From NCBI GenBank assembly GCA_003056205.1, contig LSNS01000004.1:55870-119869 (forward strand): a stretch of DNA of 64,000 bases, in the 5' to 3' direction. The DNA is from Parcubacteria group bacterium M6-OD1-4 (GTDB taxonomy: Bacteria; Patescibacteriota; Patescibacteriia; Patescibacteriales; UBA12465). The position numbers and the translations under genes were made by a program. Within the stretch, counting starts at the first letter, position 1. Every line of letters begins with the position of its first letter. The notes beneath the pieces were generated by a model. That model made no database searches. It worked only from the letters and a program-made list of their open reading frames with translations, and was not told where the DNA came from. Positions 38,236-48,203 of the stretch are shown piece after piece.

Positions 38236-39525
38236 TTAAAATTTCTCTTTCTGCTCTTGGCCGGTCTTCATATTCTTAATCTTGTATATTCCCTGCTGAG
38301 CTTCTTCCTCGCCAAAAATAACAACTTTAATCGCCTTCTTTTTATTAGCAAATTCTAAAGCCTTGCTAATTTTTTGTTTCTCTAATCCCAGCAAAATATT
38401 CTTTCCTTGAGAACGAAGTTTTTTCGCTAAACGATCGGTTTCTAATATTAAGGAATCACTTAACAATGGTAAATAATATTTTTCTTCTTGATTATCTTCT
38501 ACTTGACCTAACAGTTTCCAGGCCTCTAAAAACAACTTCATGGTTTCATCGCCGGGAGCAAAGCCAACCGCTGGAAAATTATCGACACCAAAAATATTAG
38601 CTAAACCATTATAACGTCCGCCACCAAATAGAGCCCGCTTGTTGTCAGGATGTCGATCAAAAACTTCAAAAACCAAACCATCATAATAATCAAAACCTCG
38701 AATAACCGTAGGATTAAATTCTAAATAATCTCCGTAGCCCAAATCTTTTAAACTTTGCAAGGCCTGACTAATTTCTAGAAAACCAGAATTATCTTTCAGC
38801 GCTGGCAATTCTTTGACTAATTTTTCTAAGCTATCACTGGTCATGAATTTTTTAATAATAATCACAGCTTGTCCATTAAGACCAGCGTCTTGAAGACGAC
38901 CAGTAATCTCCGCTGGTTTTAATTTTTGCCATTTATCTAAAGTACGGACAATTAGAAGTTTTTTATCAATCGCTAATTGGCTCGCTCCGCTTAAATCCAG
39001 AACAGCATCAATTAACTTTCGACTACTAATCATCAGTACAAAAGAATCTGCTGGCGAATTAAATTCCAACATGAGATCTAAGGCTAACTGGAGAATTTCA
39101 AGATCGGCTCGTAGAGAAGCACTGCCAAAAATATCACAATTTAATTGCCAAAATTCTCGATTACGTCCTCGTTGCGGTTTTTCATTCCGCATAAAATTAG
39201 CAATTGAAAAATATTTCAAAGGTTTAGGGTGCGAGTTATATATTTTAGTGACCAAACGAGTTACCGAAGGCGTCATTTCAGGACGAATTGATAATTCTCT
39301 TCCCCCTAAATCTGTAAAAGTGACTAATTCTTTACCGCCAATATCTTCTCCAGACTTAGCGCGGTAAATTTCTGAGTTTTCCACTAGTGGAGTTAAATAT
39401 TCTTCAAAACCATAACGCAAACAAACCCGACGCCAAGTATTAAAAATATATTGACGAATTAAAAACTCCTCTGGCAACCAGTCGGAAGTTCCTTTCGGTT
39501 CTTGATTAGACAAGATTTTTGACAT
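38236..39525 (-). CDS. hisS: histidine--tRNA ligase
   Basis: RPEMT, RNEKPQRGR, RGFDYY, GGRY. Confidence 0.96.
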   Translation of the reverse strand: MSKILSNQEPKGTSDWLPEEFLIRQYIFNTWRRVCLRYGFEEYLTPLVENSEIYRAKSGEDIGGKELVTFTDLGGRELSIRPEMTPSVTRLVTKIYNSHPKPLKYFSIANFMRNEKPQRGRNREFWQLNCDIFGSASLRADLEILQLALDLMLEFNSPADSFVLMISSRKLIDAVLDLSGASQLAIDKKLLIVRTLDKWQKLKPAEITGRLQDAGLNGQAVIIIKKFMTSDSLEKLVKELPALKDNSGFLEISQALQSLKDLGYGDYLEFNPTVIRGFDYYDGLVFEVFDRHPDNKRALFGGGRYNGLANIFGVDNFPAVGFAPGDETMKLFLEAWKLLGQVEDNQEEKYYLPLLSDSLILETDRLAKKLRSQGKNILLGLEKQKISKALEFANKKKAIKVVIFGEEEAQQGIYKIKNMKTGQEQKEKF

Positions 39526-39592
39526 AATATTTCTAAACTTAATAAATTTTGATAAATTTTCAATATTCTTTTGGAATAACCAATGATGACGT

Positions 39593-39628
39593 TATAATTT
39601 TACTATTTTCAAGGACTTTTAGCAAATT
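39593..39628 (-). promoter_or_regulatory. predicted hisS promoter (copy 1 of a 36-bp direct repeat)
   Basis: TTGCTA-17nt-TAAAAT; 34/36 identical to 44347-44382. Confidence 0.7.
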
Positions 39629-39865
39629 AGAGATAATAAAATTAAAAAGAACTACTAATAACATATTTATAGGATATTATCCGATAAAAAATAGCTAGAA
39701 GCAATTTAAAGAAAAATAACAATGCTTATAACAAGAAGAGAATAAAAAAAATAAATACTAAGAAATTAATCAAAAAAGCATCTCTAGAAATTTTAGAAAT
39801 GCTTAATTGTTCCATTCTTAACTCCCGCCCATGATGATCTCAGTAATAACTATCATCACTTAACA

Positions 39866-40456
39866 TTATCGAGAATGAGTTTTTAGTTTAATTTGACAAC
39901 TCCCAGGATCCTGTATTTTTTTCGCAACTAAAAAAATAGAAATTAAGAGAAGAATAATACTCAGCAAACCAAACTCTTGTCCTTGAAGAGGCAGGACGCC
40001 AATAAAACCAGCGGTCGCTCCAATCCCAAATAAAGATGAGAGTATTACCGAACCACAGGAAGCACAGCCCACACTAACCAAGCCACTAATAACTCCCAAA
40101 ACACTTAAACCCGCCGAGCGTTGGAGTTTAATTCTTTTTTTCAGATAATAGACTAAGAAAGCAATATTAATACCAAAAAGTAGGGCGACAATAATAGTTA
40201 GAGTTCTAGAGAGAGTAGTAAAATTAGTTTCCAAAGCCCCTAAAGAGCTCAGCAATAATAAAAACTTTTGCTGACTAGTATAGAGTTTAGAAATAATAGT
40301 TTGCGTTACAAATGACCAATTCGGTAACCAAATAGCAAATAATAAAACTGTCCCCGAAACAACTACAGCAGTCACTTGGTACCAAAAACGACTAAAAACC
40401 TCTTGAAATGATTTTAGCAGAAGTGTGAGAGAATTAAATTTTCTTTCTTTAGTCAT
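39866..40456 (-). CDS. membrane protein with GCxxCG motif (DsbA-associated)
   Basis: About 4 TM helices, VGCASCG, C-terminal Cys; paralog of 46869-47420. Confidence 0.75.
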   Translation of the reverse strand: MTKERKFNSLTLLLKSFQEVFSRFWYQVTAVVVSGTVLLFAIWLPNWSFVTQTIISKLYTSQQKFLLLLSSLGALETNFTTLSRTLTIIVALLFGINIAFLVYYLKKRIKLQRSAGLSVLGVISGLVSVGCASCGSVILSSLFGIGATAGFIGVLPLQGQEFGLLSIILLLISIFLVAKKIQDPGSCQIKLKTHSR

Positions 40457-40462
40457 GAAATT

Positions 40463-41215
40463 TTATTTTTTAGATTTTACTGACCTTAACTCAGCATCAA
40501 TCATCTGAGTAAAGACGCTAGTTGGTTGAGCCCCATAGATACTTTGAGTGCCAATAACAAATCCCGGAGTACCATTGATATTGAATTTTGCGCCCTCAGT
40601 CTTGTCAGCATTTTCTTCTTGAATGTATTGAGCGCGATTCTTGGTCATTAATTGGGAAACTTTATTAGCATCAATTCCTGGGATAGATCCGGCTAATTTA
40701 AGGATATCAGCACGATTACCCCAACCCCTGTTTTCACCGTCCTGAGCACCATACATGGCCTGGTGCCATTGAAAATATTTAGTAGGATAAAGCTGCCAAA
40801 TCGCTTTCTCGGCAATACCAGCAGTTACGGAATCTGGACCTAAAAATTGAAAATCCTTAAAAATAATCTTCAATTTCCCTTCTTTAACATAACGATCTAC
40901 TAAAACTGGCAAGGTATTGGTTTCAAATCGCTTACAAAATGGACATTGAAAATCAAACCAATAGGCCAAGACAACGGGAGTATTAACTTTACCAATAAAG
41001 GGTTCACCTTTAATCTGGACATTTTTAATATTAATTGCTGAAACCGTCGGTCGCCGAGTTGGCACAGTTTGAGCGGGAATGTTATCGCCTGGACTAGTGA
41101 CCGAAGATGGCTTTGAATTATTCCGATTAGAATAAATCATTGCCCCCGCAATCAGAACTCCCACAGCGAGAATAGAAAGCGGGATAAGATAAGGATTGTG
41201 TTCTTGATGAGACAT
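40463..41215 (-). CDS. DsbA-family (thioredoxin-fold) protein
   Basis: N-terminal anchor, DFQCPFC, INGTP, GAQP. Confidence 0.9.
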   Translation of the reverse strand: MSHQEHNPYLIPLSILAVGVLIAGAMIYSNRNNSKPSSVTSPGDNIPAQTVPTRRPTVSAINIKNVQIKGEPFIGKVNTPVVLAYWFDFQCPFCKRFETNTLPVLVDRYVKEGKLKIIFKDFQFLGPDSVTAGIAEKAIWQLYPTKYFQWHQAMYGAQDGENRGWGNRADILKLAGSIPGIDANKVSQLMTKNRAQYIQEENADKTEGAKFNINGTPGFVIGTQSIYGAQPTSVFTQMIDAELRSVKSKK

Positions 41216-41304
41216 ATAATTATTTAATTAGTAAGAAAAATCTATTTTGATTACAAAAAAACACTTTTTTAACAACAAAAAAGTATTTAAAAAACTCTTT
41301 AAAT

Positions 41305-41751
41305 TTATTCGATTTTGACGATGCTTAAAATTTGAGAAGTTCGGGCTGCTAATAAATTGTCCGAAGAAAATAAGGGCCCTTGGCGTTGCTTATTTAAACT
41401 AAAATTGTTTGGCAAAATACCAAAAGCTAAATACAAAATAGATTTCTGTTGCCCCCGATTACCAGCTTCCCCGATATTAACCATTGATGACTCATTTTGG
41501 TTGATTATTGTTTTTCTTTTGGATTGACAATGTTGCTGAGAATACTGAACATCTTGATGTAATATTTGACTTTTCGAAACAAGTTTTTGTCCTGAAGGAG
41601 TTGCAGCCTGAACTACGGTAGGATGGCAAGAAAAAATACTTAAAGTCAAAAAAGCGAAGAGACTAAAGAGAAAAAGAGATTTTTTAGTTTTTGAAAATAG
41701 ATATTTGACTTTCATATTGCTCATTATAATATAATTTTCTTCCCAAGACAA
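41305..41751 (-). CDS. hypothetical exported protein
   Basis: Signal-like hydrophobic stretch; start uncertain. Confidence 0.5.
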   Translation of the reverse strand: MSWEENYIIMSNMKVKYLFSKTKKSLFLFSLFAFLTLSIFSCHPTVVQAATPSGQKLVSKSQILHQDVQYSQQHCQSKRKTIINQNESSMVNIGEAGNRGQQKSILYLAFGILPNNFSLNKQRQGPLFSSDNLLAARTSQILSIVKIE

Positions 41752-41824
41752 GATGAAAATAAAAAAAAGTTTTTAGAGGAATAAGAATAATTCTCTCCTT
41801 TCCATAGACGATAGTAATCAATAT

Positions 41825-42205
41825 CTACCATGTTGTAGATCTGGTCTTTTCAGATAATTTCTGGGTAAGTTTAATATGATTTTTTTTAATTAAATAAAGA
41901 CCATCAGAGGCAACTGTTAATTTACTAGCATCAATAAATAAATATTGTTTGTCCTTTGAATCTCCACTGAGATAAATATTAATCTCAGGTGATAAAGCAA
42001 TACAAACATAGTCTTGAGAACCAGTATACTTTTTTACTGTTTGAATATTAGAAGTAAAGTAAACAATATCTCCTTTTACAACATCAATTTCTTCAACTCC
42101 AGTGGGTATTCTAAAATAATTAAATATTTCTTTTGGACCATAATATAATATTTTTTTATCAGCTAGCGTTTCTGGTGTCGGAGCTCCACAATATTTTATA
42201 TGTTA
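41825..42205 (-). pseudogene. probable frameshifted hypothetical gene
   Basis: About 105-codon stop-free frame (YGPKEIFNYFRIPTGVEE..RSTTW*) with no start, next to a T-tract near 42150. Confidence 0.35.
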
Positions 42206-42280
42206 AAAAATAAAAAGAAAAACTTTGCTGAAATGAGAAGTATAGAAAACGTAAATTTTCTTTAAGTTAAAATTAACTTG

Positions 42281-42712
42281 TTAAAATTTATAAAATAACT
42301 TTAGACAAGCATCCAAATCTTGAATAATGGGCAGATTTAAAGCATCTTTTGGAGACAGCCATTTAAAATCTTTATGTTCTTTGCGTCGCATAACCACTTT
42401 ATTTTTTTGAGCCAATTCTGTGTGGTAAATATGATAAACAAAATCATAATCCGGATATTTTACAAATACTTTTCCAAAATAGGAAAGCTGAGAAGAAGTT
42501 AATTTAAATCCAGTTTCTTCCCAAATTTCTCTTATCATGGTTTCCAGAATTTCTTCTCCAGCATCAACTTTACCAGCGGGTACTCCCCAGGTATTGCCTT
42601 GAGGTTTATAGTCCTGTCTATGAAGTAATAGAATTTTCCCATCATATTCCATAAAACAACTCACTACATTAAATTTTGGATTAAAATCTTGTGGTCTTTC
42701 TTTGTAAATCAT
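42281..42712 (-). CDS. NUDIX hydrolase
   Basis: GKVDAGEEILETMIREIWEETG Nudix box. Confidence 0.92.
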   Translation of the reverse strand: MIYKERPQDFNPKFNVVSCFMEYDGKILLLHRQDYKPQGNTWGVPAGKVDAGEEILETMIREIWEETGFKLTSSQLSYFGKVFVKYPDYDFVYHIYHTELAQKNKVVMRRKEHKDFKWLSPKDALNLPIIQDLDACLKLFYKF

Positions 42713-42771
42713 ATTTTATAAAAATAATTGGAATAGAAAAAATTATTTTAAGATTGAATTTTAATTCTAGA

Positions 42772-42859
42772 TAACGTTAGGGACACGCGAAATTTTTTAT
42801 AGCATAATGAAAAAAAAGTTGAAAATGCGAATCGAGCAATTTTTTTCTATTCCCTGTTA
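42772..42859 (-). other. attC-like site (integrase-less cluster)
   Basis: TAAC-GTTAG-GGAC..GAAATTTT..AATTT..TTCC-CT-GTTA. Confidence 0.6.
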
Positions 42860-42928
42860 TATAAAGAGAAGAGTAACACAGTAAAATGAAGACCCAACAT
42901 CTACGAAGATTTAATTTATATCTCTTCG

Positions 42929-43411
42929 CTACAAATTACGATTTATAATCTGTTTTACAAAAGTATTAGTTTCAATTTTAGCAGAACTACCCGATAAAGT
43001 ATACAAGATTTCACAATTAAAGCCTAAATCAAAGCCTTCAAATGCTGAAGCAAGAATACAAGCATCCAAATCTAATCCACAGAAAAATAATTTTGAAATT
43101 TTGTTTTGGCTTAAAAAGGCAACGAATTCTTTTGATTTAAATATTGAATAAGTATGTTTTTCAAAAATATGATTTTTTAAAGCGATGTTAGAAAGTTCAG
43201 AAACAATATCAACTTCAGGAGCAATCTGGCATTTACGCCAATTCAGTTTTTTAATAAAATTTGAGTTTTCTGTGTTTATGAATTTTGAGAATATAATAAA
43301 ATTATATTTTTGTAACTCAATATGTTCTTTAATTTTTTGAGGAAGAGATTTGGTTTTATCTGTAATAAAACAATTTTGTAAATCTAATATAATAAGGGCC
43401 GTTCTATCCAT
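42929..43411 (-). CDS. isochorismatase/cysteine hydrolase family protein
   Basis: ALIILDLQN, FEKHTYS, GLDLDACI. Confidence 0.88.
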   Translation of the reverse strand: MDRTALIILDLQNCFITDKTKSLPQKIKEHIELQKYNFIIFSKFINTENSNFIKKLNWRKCQIAPEVDIVSELSNIALKNHIFEKHTYSIFKSKEFVAFLSQNKISKLFFCGLDLDACILASAFEGFDLGFNCEILYTLSGSSAKIETNTFVKQIINRNL

Positions 43412-43591
43412 AATATTAATTAATTTAGATTGATATATAAACCATTTATTTTAAGACGGGTAAAAGCAATATCATATCAGGAAAATCTTATCTAGGTTGT
43501 TTTGACTAAACCACAAAACTTCATACTGGAACCAACAACGATTTTTTTATTCATAATTAAATTTATCATTGTTACGTGGTGTAGTAAAAAT

Positions 43592-44257
43592 TTAAAAATC
43601 TGATATCTCCTGCCAATATTTATAAAATAGCTTATTTAGTTTGCTTATTCTAAGCCCAATACTTTGTTTGTCTATCTCGGGGAAATTACCAAAATAATAA
43701 TTCCATATCTCCTTTTTCGTTGGCTTATTTAACAAAAACTTAACGTGATCCCAATGAAAATTTTGTAAAAATATTAAAATCTTTGGCGTTTCTTTTTTTT
43801 GGTAATTGTCTAATATCCATTGAATGTTTTTAGCCATAATTTTCTCGCGCAAATATATCTTAACCCACCAAAGCCAATTTTTCTCAGCGCAGGGGTACAT
43901 ATGGCTCCACACTTCCAACCATTCTCTGGTTAACTCATTTGGAGCATCCACAGTATAGACGAAAATCTGATGATTTTTTTCCCAAAGATTGACAATATTT
44001 TTCCACATTATTGTGTCTGCTTTAACCCAGGGATGAATCTTAAGAACTTCTTTAGAGAATTCCTTAAGTCGTCCTCTAACTAGTTTTTTCGGTTTTTTCA
44101 AAGCAGAATAATTGTTAAATTGTGAATCAGGTGTTTTATTGTTGTTTGGATATTCAAGAATAATAATGTCTGGTTTATATTTAATAACAGCATTAGCCTG
44201 GCGTAAATCCAGCTCGTTAGATTCTTTGCAATCAAATTGGAAATAAATTGGTTTCAT
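43592..44257 (-). CDS. hypothetical protein (cassette-like)
   Basis: 221-aa ORF bounded by GTTA at 43571 and an inverted flank at 44267-44292. Confidence 0.7.
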   Translation of the reverse strand: MKPIYFQFDCKESNELDLRQANAVIKYKPDIIILEYPNNNKTPDSQFNNYSALKKPKKLVRGRLKEFSKEVLKIHPWVKADTIMWKNIVNLWEKNHQIFVYTVDAPNELTREWLEVWSHMYPCAEKNWLWWVKIYLREKIMAKNIQWILDNYQKKETPKILIFLQNFHWDHVKFLLNKPTKKEIWNYYFGNFPEIDKQSIGLRISKLNKLFYKYWQEISDF

Positions 44258-44346
44258 AAAGAAATCTTTAAATTTTTACCATTGCCCGTATTTCTTCAGG
44301 ATATGCAATGTTTCGTTGGCTTTTTTAAAATAGTCAATCTTTGTTC

Positions 44347-44382
44347 TATAATTTTACTATTTTCAAAGACCTTTAGCAAATT
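44347..44382 (-). promoter_or_regulatory. duplicate of the hisS promoter (copy 2)
   Basis: TATAATTTTACTATTTTCAAAGACCTTTAGCAAATT, 34/36 identical to 39593-39628. Confidence 0.7.
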
Positions 44383-44497
44383 TATAATCAATTCGGAATA
44401 TTAAACAACAAATCATTATTTATCTAATAATTCAGTAGAGCCTCTCAATAAAGGGGCAATAATAAAAAAGAGGATTCGTTACAAATCCCCTGAAGCT

Positions 44498-44617
44498 TTA
44501 TTTCGATAATATAGATATAATTTGAAACGCAATCGTTCCAATAATGATGCTGAGAAAAAAAATCCCCAACAAGCATAAATATCTATTAAACATTTTATTA
44601 ACGAACTTTGACATCAT
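44498..44617 (-). CDS. small single-TM protein (39 aa)
   Basis: AAGGAGG RBS upstream; MMSKFVNKMFNRYLCLLGIFFLSIIIGTIAFQIISILSK. Confidence 0.5.
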   Translation of the reverse strand: MMSKFVNKMFNRYLCLLGIFFLSIIIGTIAFQIISILSK

Positions 44618-44864
44618 TACACCCTCCTTTTTTATTGTTAATATACAACTAAATTCGCTTATATAATACTTATTTAATTAATCTCTGTCAAATTTAATAA
44701 AATAAATTTGAATTCTTCTTCAGCTTAAATTCCACTAGTAACAAAAAGTACCGCATTGTACTTCGCCCTGGTAAAAACGCTTCATTTTTTCTTTAAGAAA
44801 ACTTTAAATTTTATTAAGGAGTAATAATTTATAATAAGTTTATTAATAAATTAAATATCAATTT

Positions 44865-45566
44865 ATGAAAATTCTTATCATTGACGATGATCAAAACATT
44901 GTCCAATTTCTAAAAAATGGCTTAGAGTCCAATATGTATAGTGTGGAAAGTGCAGCCGATGGAGAACGTGGAGCTTTTCTCGGCCGAACTGGTAATTTTG
45001 ATTTAATTATCTTGGACTATAATCTACCAAAAATGAATGGAGCGGAGGTTCTTACTGAAATTCGTCAGGAACAAAAACATATTCCCGTTATTATGCTCAC
45101 TATTAAATCAGAATTAGAACATAAAATAGAGATCTTCTCCAATGGTGTTGACGATTATTTAACCAAGCCATTTTTATTCAAAGAATTACTTCTAAGAATT
45201 AAAGCGATCCTAAAACGTCCAGCCAAAGTACAAAATAGTTTCTTTAAAATTAATAATTTCACGCTGGATACTAATAGTAAAATCATTCGTCGGGGCGGAC
45301 ACGAAATCTACCTCACGCGAAAAGAATTTACTCTCTTGGAATACTTAGTACTTCATCGTGGTCAAATAATTTCTCGTAATCAAATTTTAGAACATGTCTG
45401 GGATTATAATGCTGACCCTTTTTCAAATTCCATTGAAACTCATATTGCTAGTTTAAGGCGTAAATTGAATATTAATAAAAACCGTAACCTCATTCATACT
45501 TTTACCGGCCGTGGATATAAATTCGCCTTAACTAAATTAGGAGCTTATTATCAAAATAATAATTAA
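44865..45566 (+). CDS. OmpR-family response regulator
   Basis: IIDDD, ILDYNLP, DDYLTKPF, winged-helix LTRKEF..GRGY. Confidence 0.93.
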   Translation: MKILIIDDDQNIVQFLKNGLESNMYSVESAADGERGAFLGRTGNFDLIILDYNLPKMNGAEVLTEIRQEQKHIPVIMLTIKSELEHKIEIFSNGVDDYLTKPFLFKELLLRIKAILKRPAKVQNSFFKINNFTLDTNSKIIRRGGHEIYLTRKEFTLLEYLVLHRGQIISRNQILEHVWDYNADPFSNSIETHIASLRRKLNINKNRNLIHTFTGRGYKFALTKLGAYYQNNN

Positions 45567-45643
45567 TTCTATATTTAAAAAAATCCTAATCATAAAACAA
45601 TTAGGAAATTAATATCCAATCTTAAAACCTTTACCTTATTCAA

Positions 45644-46864
45644 CTATAAAAAATGCTTTCCTTTAATTTTCTTGGGTAAATATTCCTGCTGAGAATCATC
45701 TTCTAGCGGAGAATATTTATAATCTCGACCATAATTTAATTCTTTCATTAAGGAAGTAGGAGCATTGCGTAAATGAAGAGGAACTGGCAAATTTCCTGAG
45801 CTCTCCACTTCTTGCTGGGCCTGTTGATAGGCGGAATAAGCGGTAATATCTTTCGCAGATTTGGCTAAATAAATAACACAGTGTGCTAAATTAACTCGAC
45901 ATTCTGGTGAACCAATATTATGACAAGCTTCATAAGTAGCCGTCGCTAACATTAAAGCACTATTATTAGCCAGACCAATATCTTCCGAAGCAAAACGAAT
46001 TAAACGTCGAGCAATATATAAAGGGTCTTCACCCGCTTCTAGCATCCGCGCTAAATAATAAATAGCCGCATCAGTATTACTACCACGTAAAGATTTATGT
46101 AAAGCGGAGATTAAATTATAATGTTCATCACCGTTTTTATCATAAAGAAGATGGGGCTGATTAATAACTTTTTTAATCAAAGAAGAACTGAGATTCTTAT
46201 TATTTTTATCCTTAAGTTTTTTGGTCGGAGCTTGAAGATCTTCCACTAATAATTCAGCAGCACTTTCCAAAATATTCAAAGCTTGCCGAGCATCACCATT
46301 GGCGAATTTAACAATTAGTTTTTGAGCATCATGATCCAATTTAAATTCCAATTTTTTTACTGCCCTCATGATAATTGTCTCCAAATCCAGTTCAGTGAGA
46401 GATTCTAAAACGACAATTTTTACTCGCGATAATAAAGCACTATTAACTGAAAAACTAGGATTTTCTGTAGTAGCACCAATAAGAGTAATTGTCCCATTTT
46501 CAATTTGAGGCAACAGAGCGTCCTGTTGGGCTTTATTCCAACGATGGATTTCGTCAATGAATAGAATTGTTTTTCGACCCAGACGCTGATCCTCTTGGGC
46601 TCGTTCCAGAGTAATTTTCAAATCTTTCAGTCCATTAGAAGTTGCCGAAAACCTAACAAACTCGGCTTTAGTTTCCTGAGCAATAATTAAGGCTAAGGTG
46701 GTTTTTCCGCTTCCTGGCGGTCCCCAAAAAATAAGCGATGGAACTTGATCGTTTTTTATTGCTCGATATAACCAAGTCTGAGCACCAATAATTTTACCTT
46801 GACCAACAAATTCTGACAAAACTTTTGGACGAAAATGAGTGGCCAAAGGAATGTCTTGTAGCAT
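45644..46864 (-). CDS. rarA: replication-associated recombination protein A (RarA/MgsA)
   Basis: GPPGSGKT, DEIHR, ATTENP, ISALHKSLRGS. Confidence 0.95.
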   Translation of the reverse strand: MLQDIPLATHFRPKVLSEFVGQGKIIGAQTWLYRAIKNDQVPSLIFWGPPGSGKTTLALIIAQETKAEFVRFSATSNGLKDLKITLERAQEDQRLGRKTILFIDEIHRWNKAQQDALLPQIENGTITLIGATTENPSFSVNSALLSRVKIVVLESLTELDLETIIMRAVKKLEFKLDHDAQKLIVKFANGDARQALNILESAAELLVEDLQAPTKKLKDKNNKNLSSSLIKKVINQPHLLYDKNGDEHYNLISALHKSLRGSNTDAAIYYLARMLEAGEDPLYIARRLIRFASEDIGLANNSALMLATATYEACHNIGSPECRVNLAHCVIYLAKSAKDITAYSAYQQAQQEVESSGNLPVPLHLRNAPTSLMKELNYGRDYKYSPLEDDSQQEYLPKKIKGKHFL

Positions 46865-46868
46865 AAAA

Positions 46869-47420
46869 TTATTTTCTTTTTAAACGACAAACGGTCGGGT
46901 CTTCAATTTGTTTCACTGTTAGGTAAATAGAGAGCACGAGAAGGATGACGCCAATTATTCCAAATTCTTGTCCCTTGAGAGGTAAAAAAGCAAGAATACT
47001 GGAAGCCCCGACAAGTGAAAGAAGGGTGGTAATTAATAAGGGACCGCAAGCCGCACAACCTAAACTAAATAAACTAGCAATAATTCCAATGAGACCAAGA
47101 GTAATCCCGTGATTTTTTATTTCTCGAAAACGGCGATCTAAATAATAAACAGTAATAGCAACGCTTAATCCAAACAGAATAGAAATCAGGATGACATAAA
47201 TTTCTGCTTCTAGAGTAAAATTGGTACTAATTGATCCTAAGAAACTCAAAGGAATAGAAATTTTCGAAATTAAAGGAATATGAGGCGATTTAATGACATT
47301 AAAAATTACAGATAAATTTTGCCACCAAACCGCTATTGAAAAAACAACAACAGTCACTATCAACCACAAAGCGGAATATTTGAATTTCCGAAAAATTCCG
47401 GTAAAAGTTTTTAATTTCAT
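46869..47420 (-). CDS. membrane protein with GCxxCG motif (DsbA-associated)
   Basis: LGCAACG, LPLKGQEFG; paralog of 39866-40456. Confidence 0.75.
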   Translation of the reverse strand: MKLKTFTGIFRKFKYSALWLIVTVVVFSIAVWWQNLSVIFNVIKSPHIPLISKISIPLSFLGSISTNFTLEAEIYVILISILFGLSVAITVYYLDRRFREIKNHGITLGLIGIIASLFSLGCAACGPLLITTLLSLVGASSILAFLPLKGQEFGIIGVILLVLSIYLTVKQIEDPTVCRLKRK

Positions 47421-47422
47421 TC

Positions 47423-48169
47423 TTATTTTTTCAATTGTAAATCAATTAGTTGTTTAATAGCTGAATAAGGTTGAGCGCCAATTACTAATTGTCGACCAAT
47501 GATTAAAGACGGAGTGCCATTAATTCCAAAAGCGGACCCTTCGGCTTTATCAGCTGCTATCTCTTGACGATATTGACTACTTTTAGTTGCTAAAAGTTGC
47601 TCGACTTTATTAATATTAATTCCCGGGATAGTCTTAGTTAAAGCTAAAATGTCAGCTTGACTGCCCCAACCAGAATTTTCTCTATCTTGCTTGTTATACA
47701 TCGCCTGATGCCAAAGATAGAATTTGCTAGGAGCAGCTTCCCAAACAGCTTTAGATACTAAAGCCGCCGCTTGCGAATCTGGTCCTAAAAAAGCGAAGTC
47801 TTTAAACACTACCTTAACTTCTCCACTTTTCACATAGTTACTAACGATAGAAGACATGGTATTTTCCTCAAAACGTTTACAAAAAGGACACTGATAGTCA
47901 AACCAAAAAGCAACAGTAACTGGTGCCTGAGGATTTCCAATGAAAGGTTCACCAGTAATTTTAACTTTAGCAATATTAACTGCCAAGGACTTGGGCTGGG
48001 CCGGAGTAGAATTAGGTGCAGCTTTGGTAGCAACCAAACTAGGATAATTTTCAGTTGTTTGTTGAGGACGATGACGACGACTAGCAAAATAGACAGTGGC
48101 AATAATAATTACTGCTGTCAATAAAATAGCAATAACCTGGAAAGAAGTGCTATTATTTTTATTCTCCAT
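47423..48169 (-). CDS. DsbA-family protein
   Basis: DYQCPFC, INGTP, GAQP. Confidence 0.9.
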   Translation of the reverse strand: MENKNNSTSFQVIAILLTAVIIIATVYFASRRHRPQQTTENYPSLVATKAAPNSTPAQPKSLAVNIAKVKITGEPFIGNPQAPVTVAFWFDYQCPFCKRFEENTMSSIVSNYVKSGEVKVVFKDFAFLGPDSQAAALVSKAVWEAAPSKFYLWHQAMYNKQDRENSGWGSQADILALTKTIPGININKVEQLLATKSSQYRQEIAADKAEGSAFGINGTPSLIIGRQLVIGAQPYSAIKQLIDLQLKK

Positions 48170-48203
48170 ATAGTTTTGTTTTAAAAAAAATTAATTAATA
48201 ACT

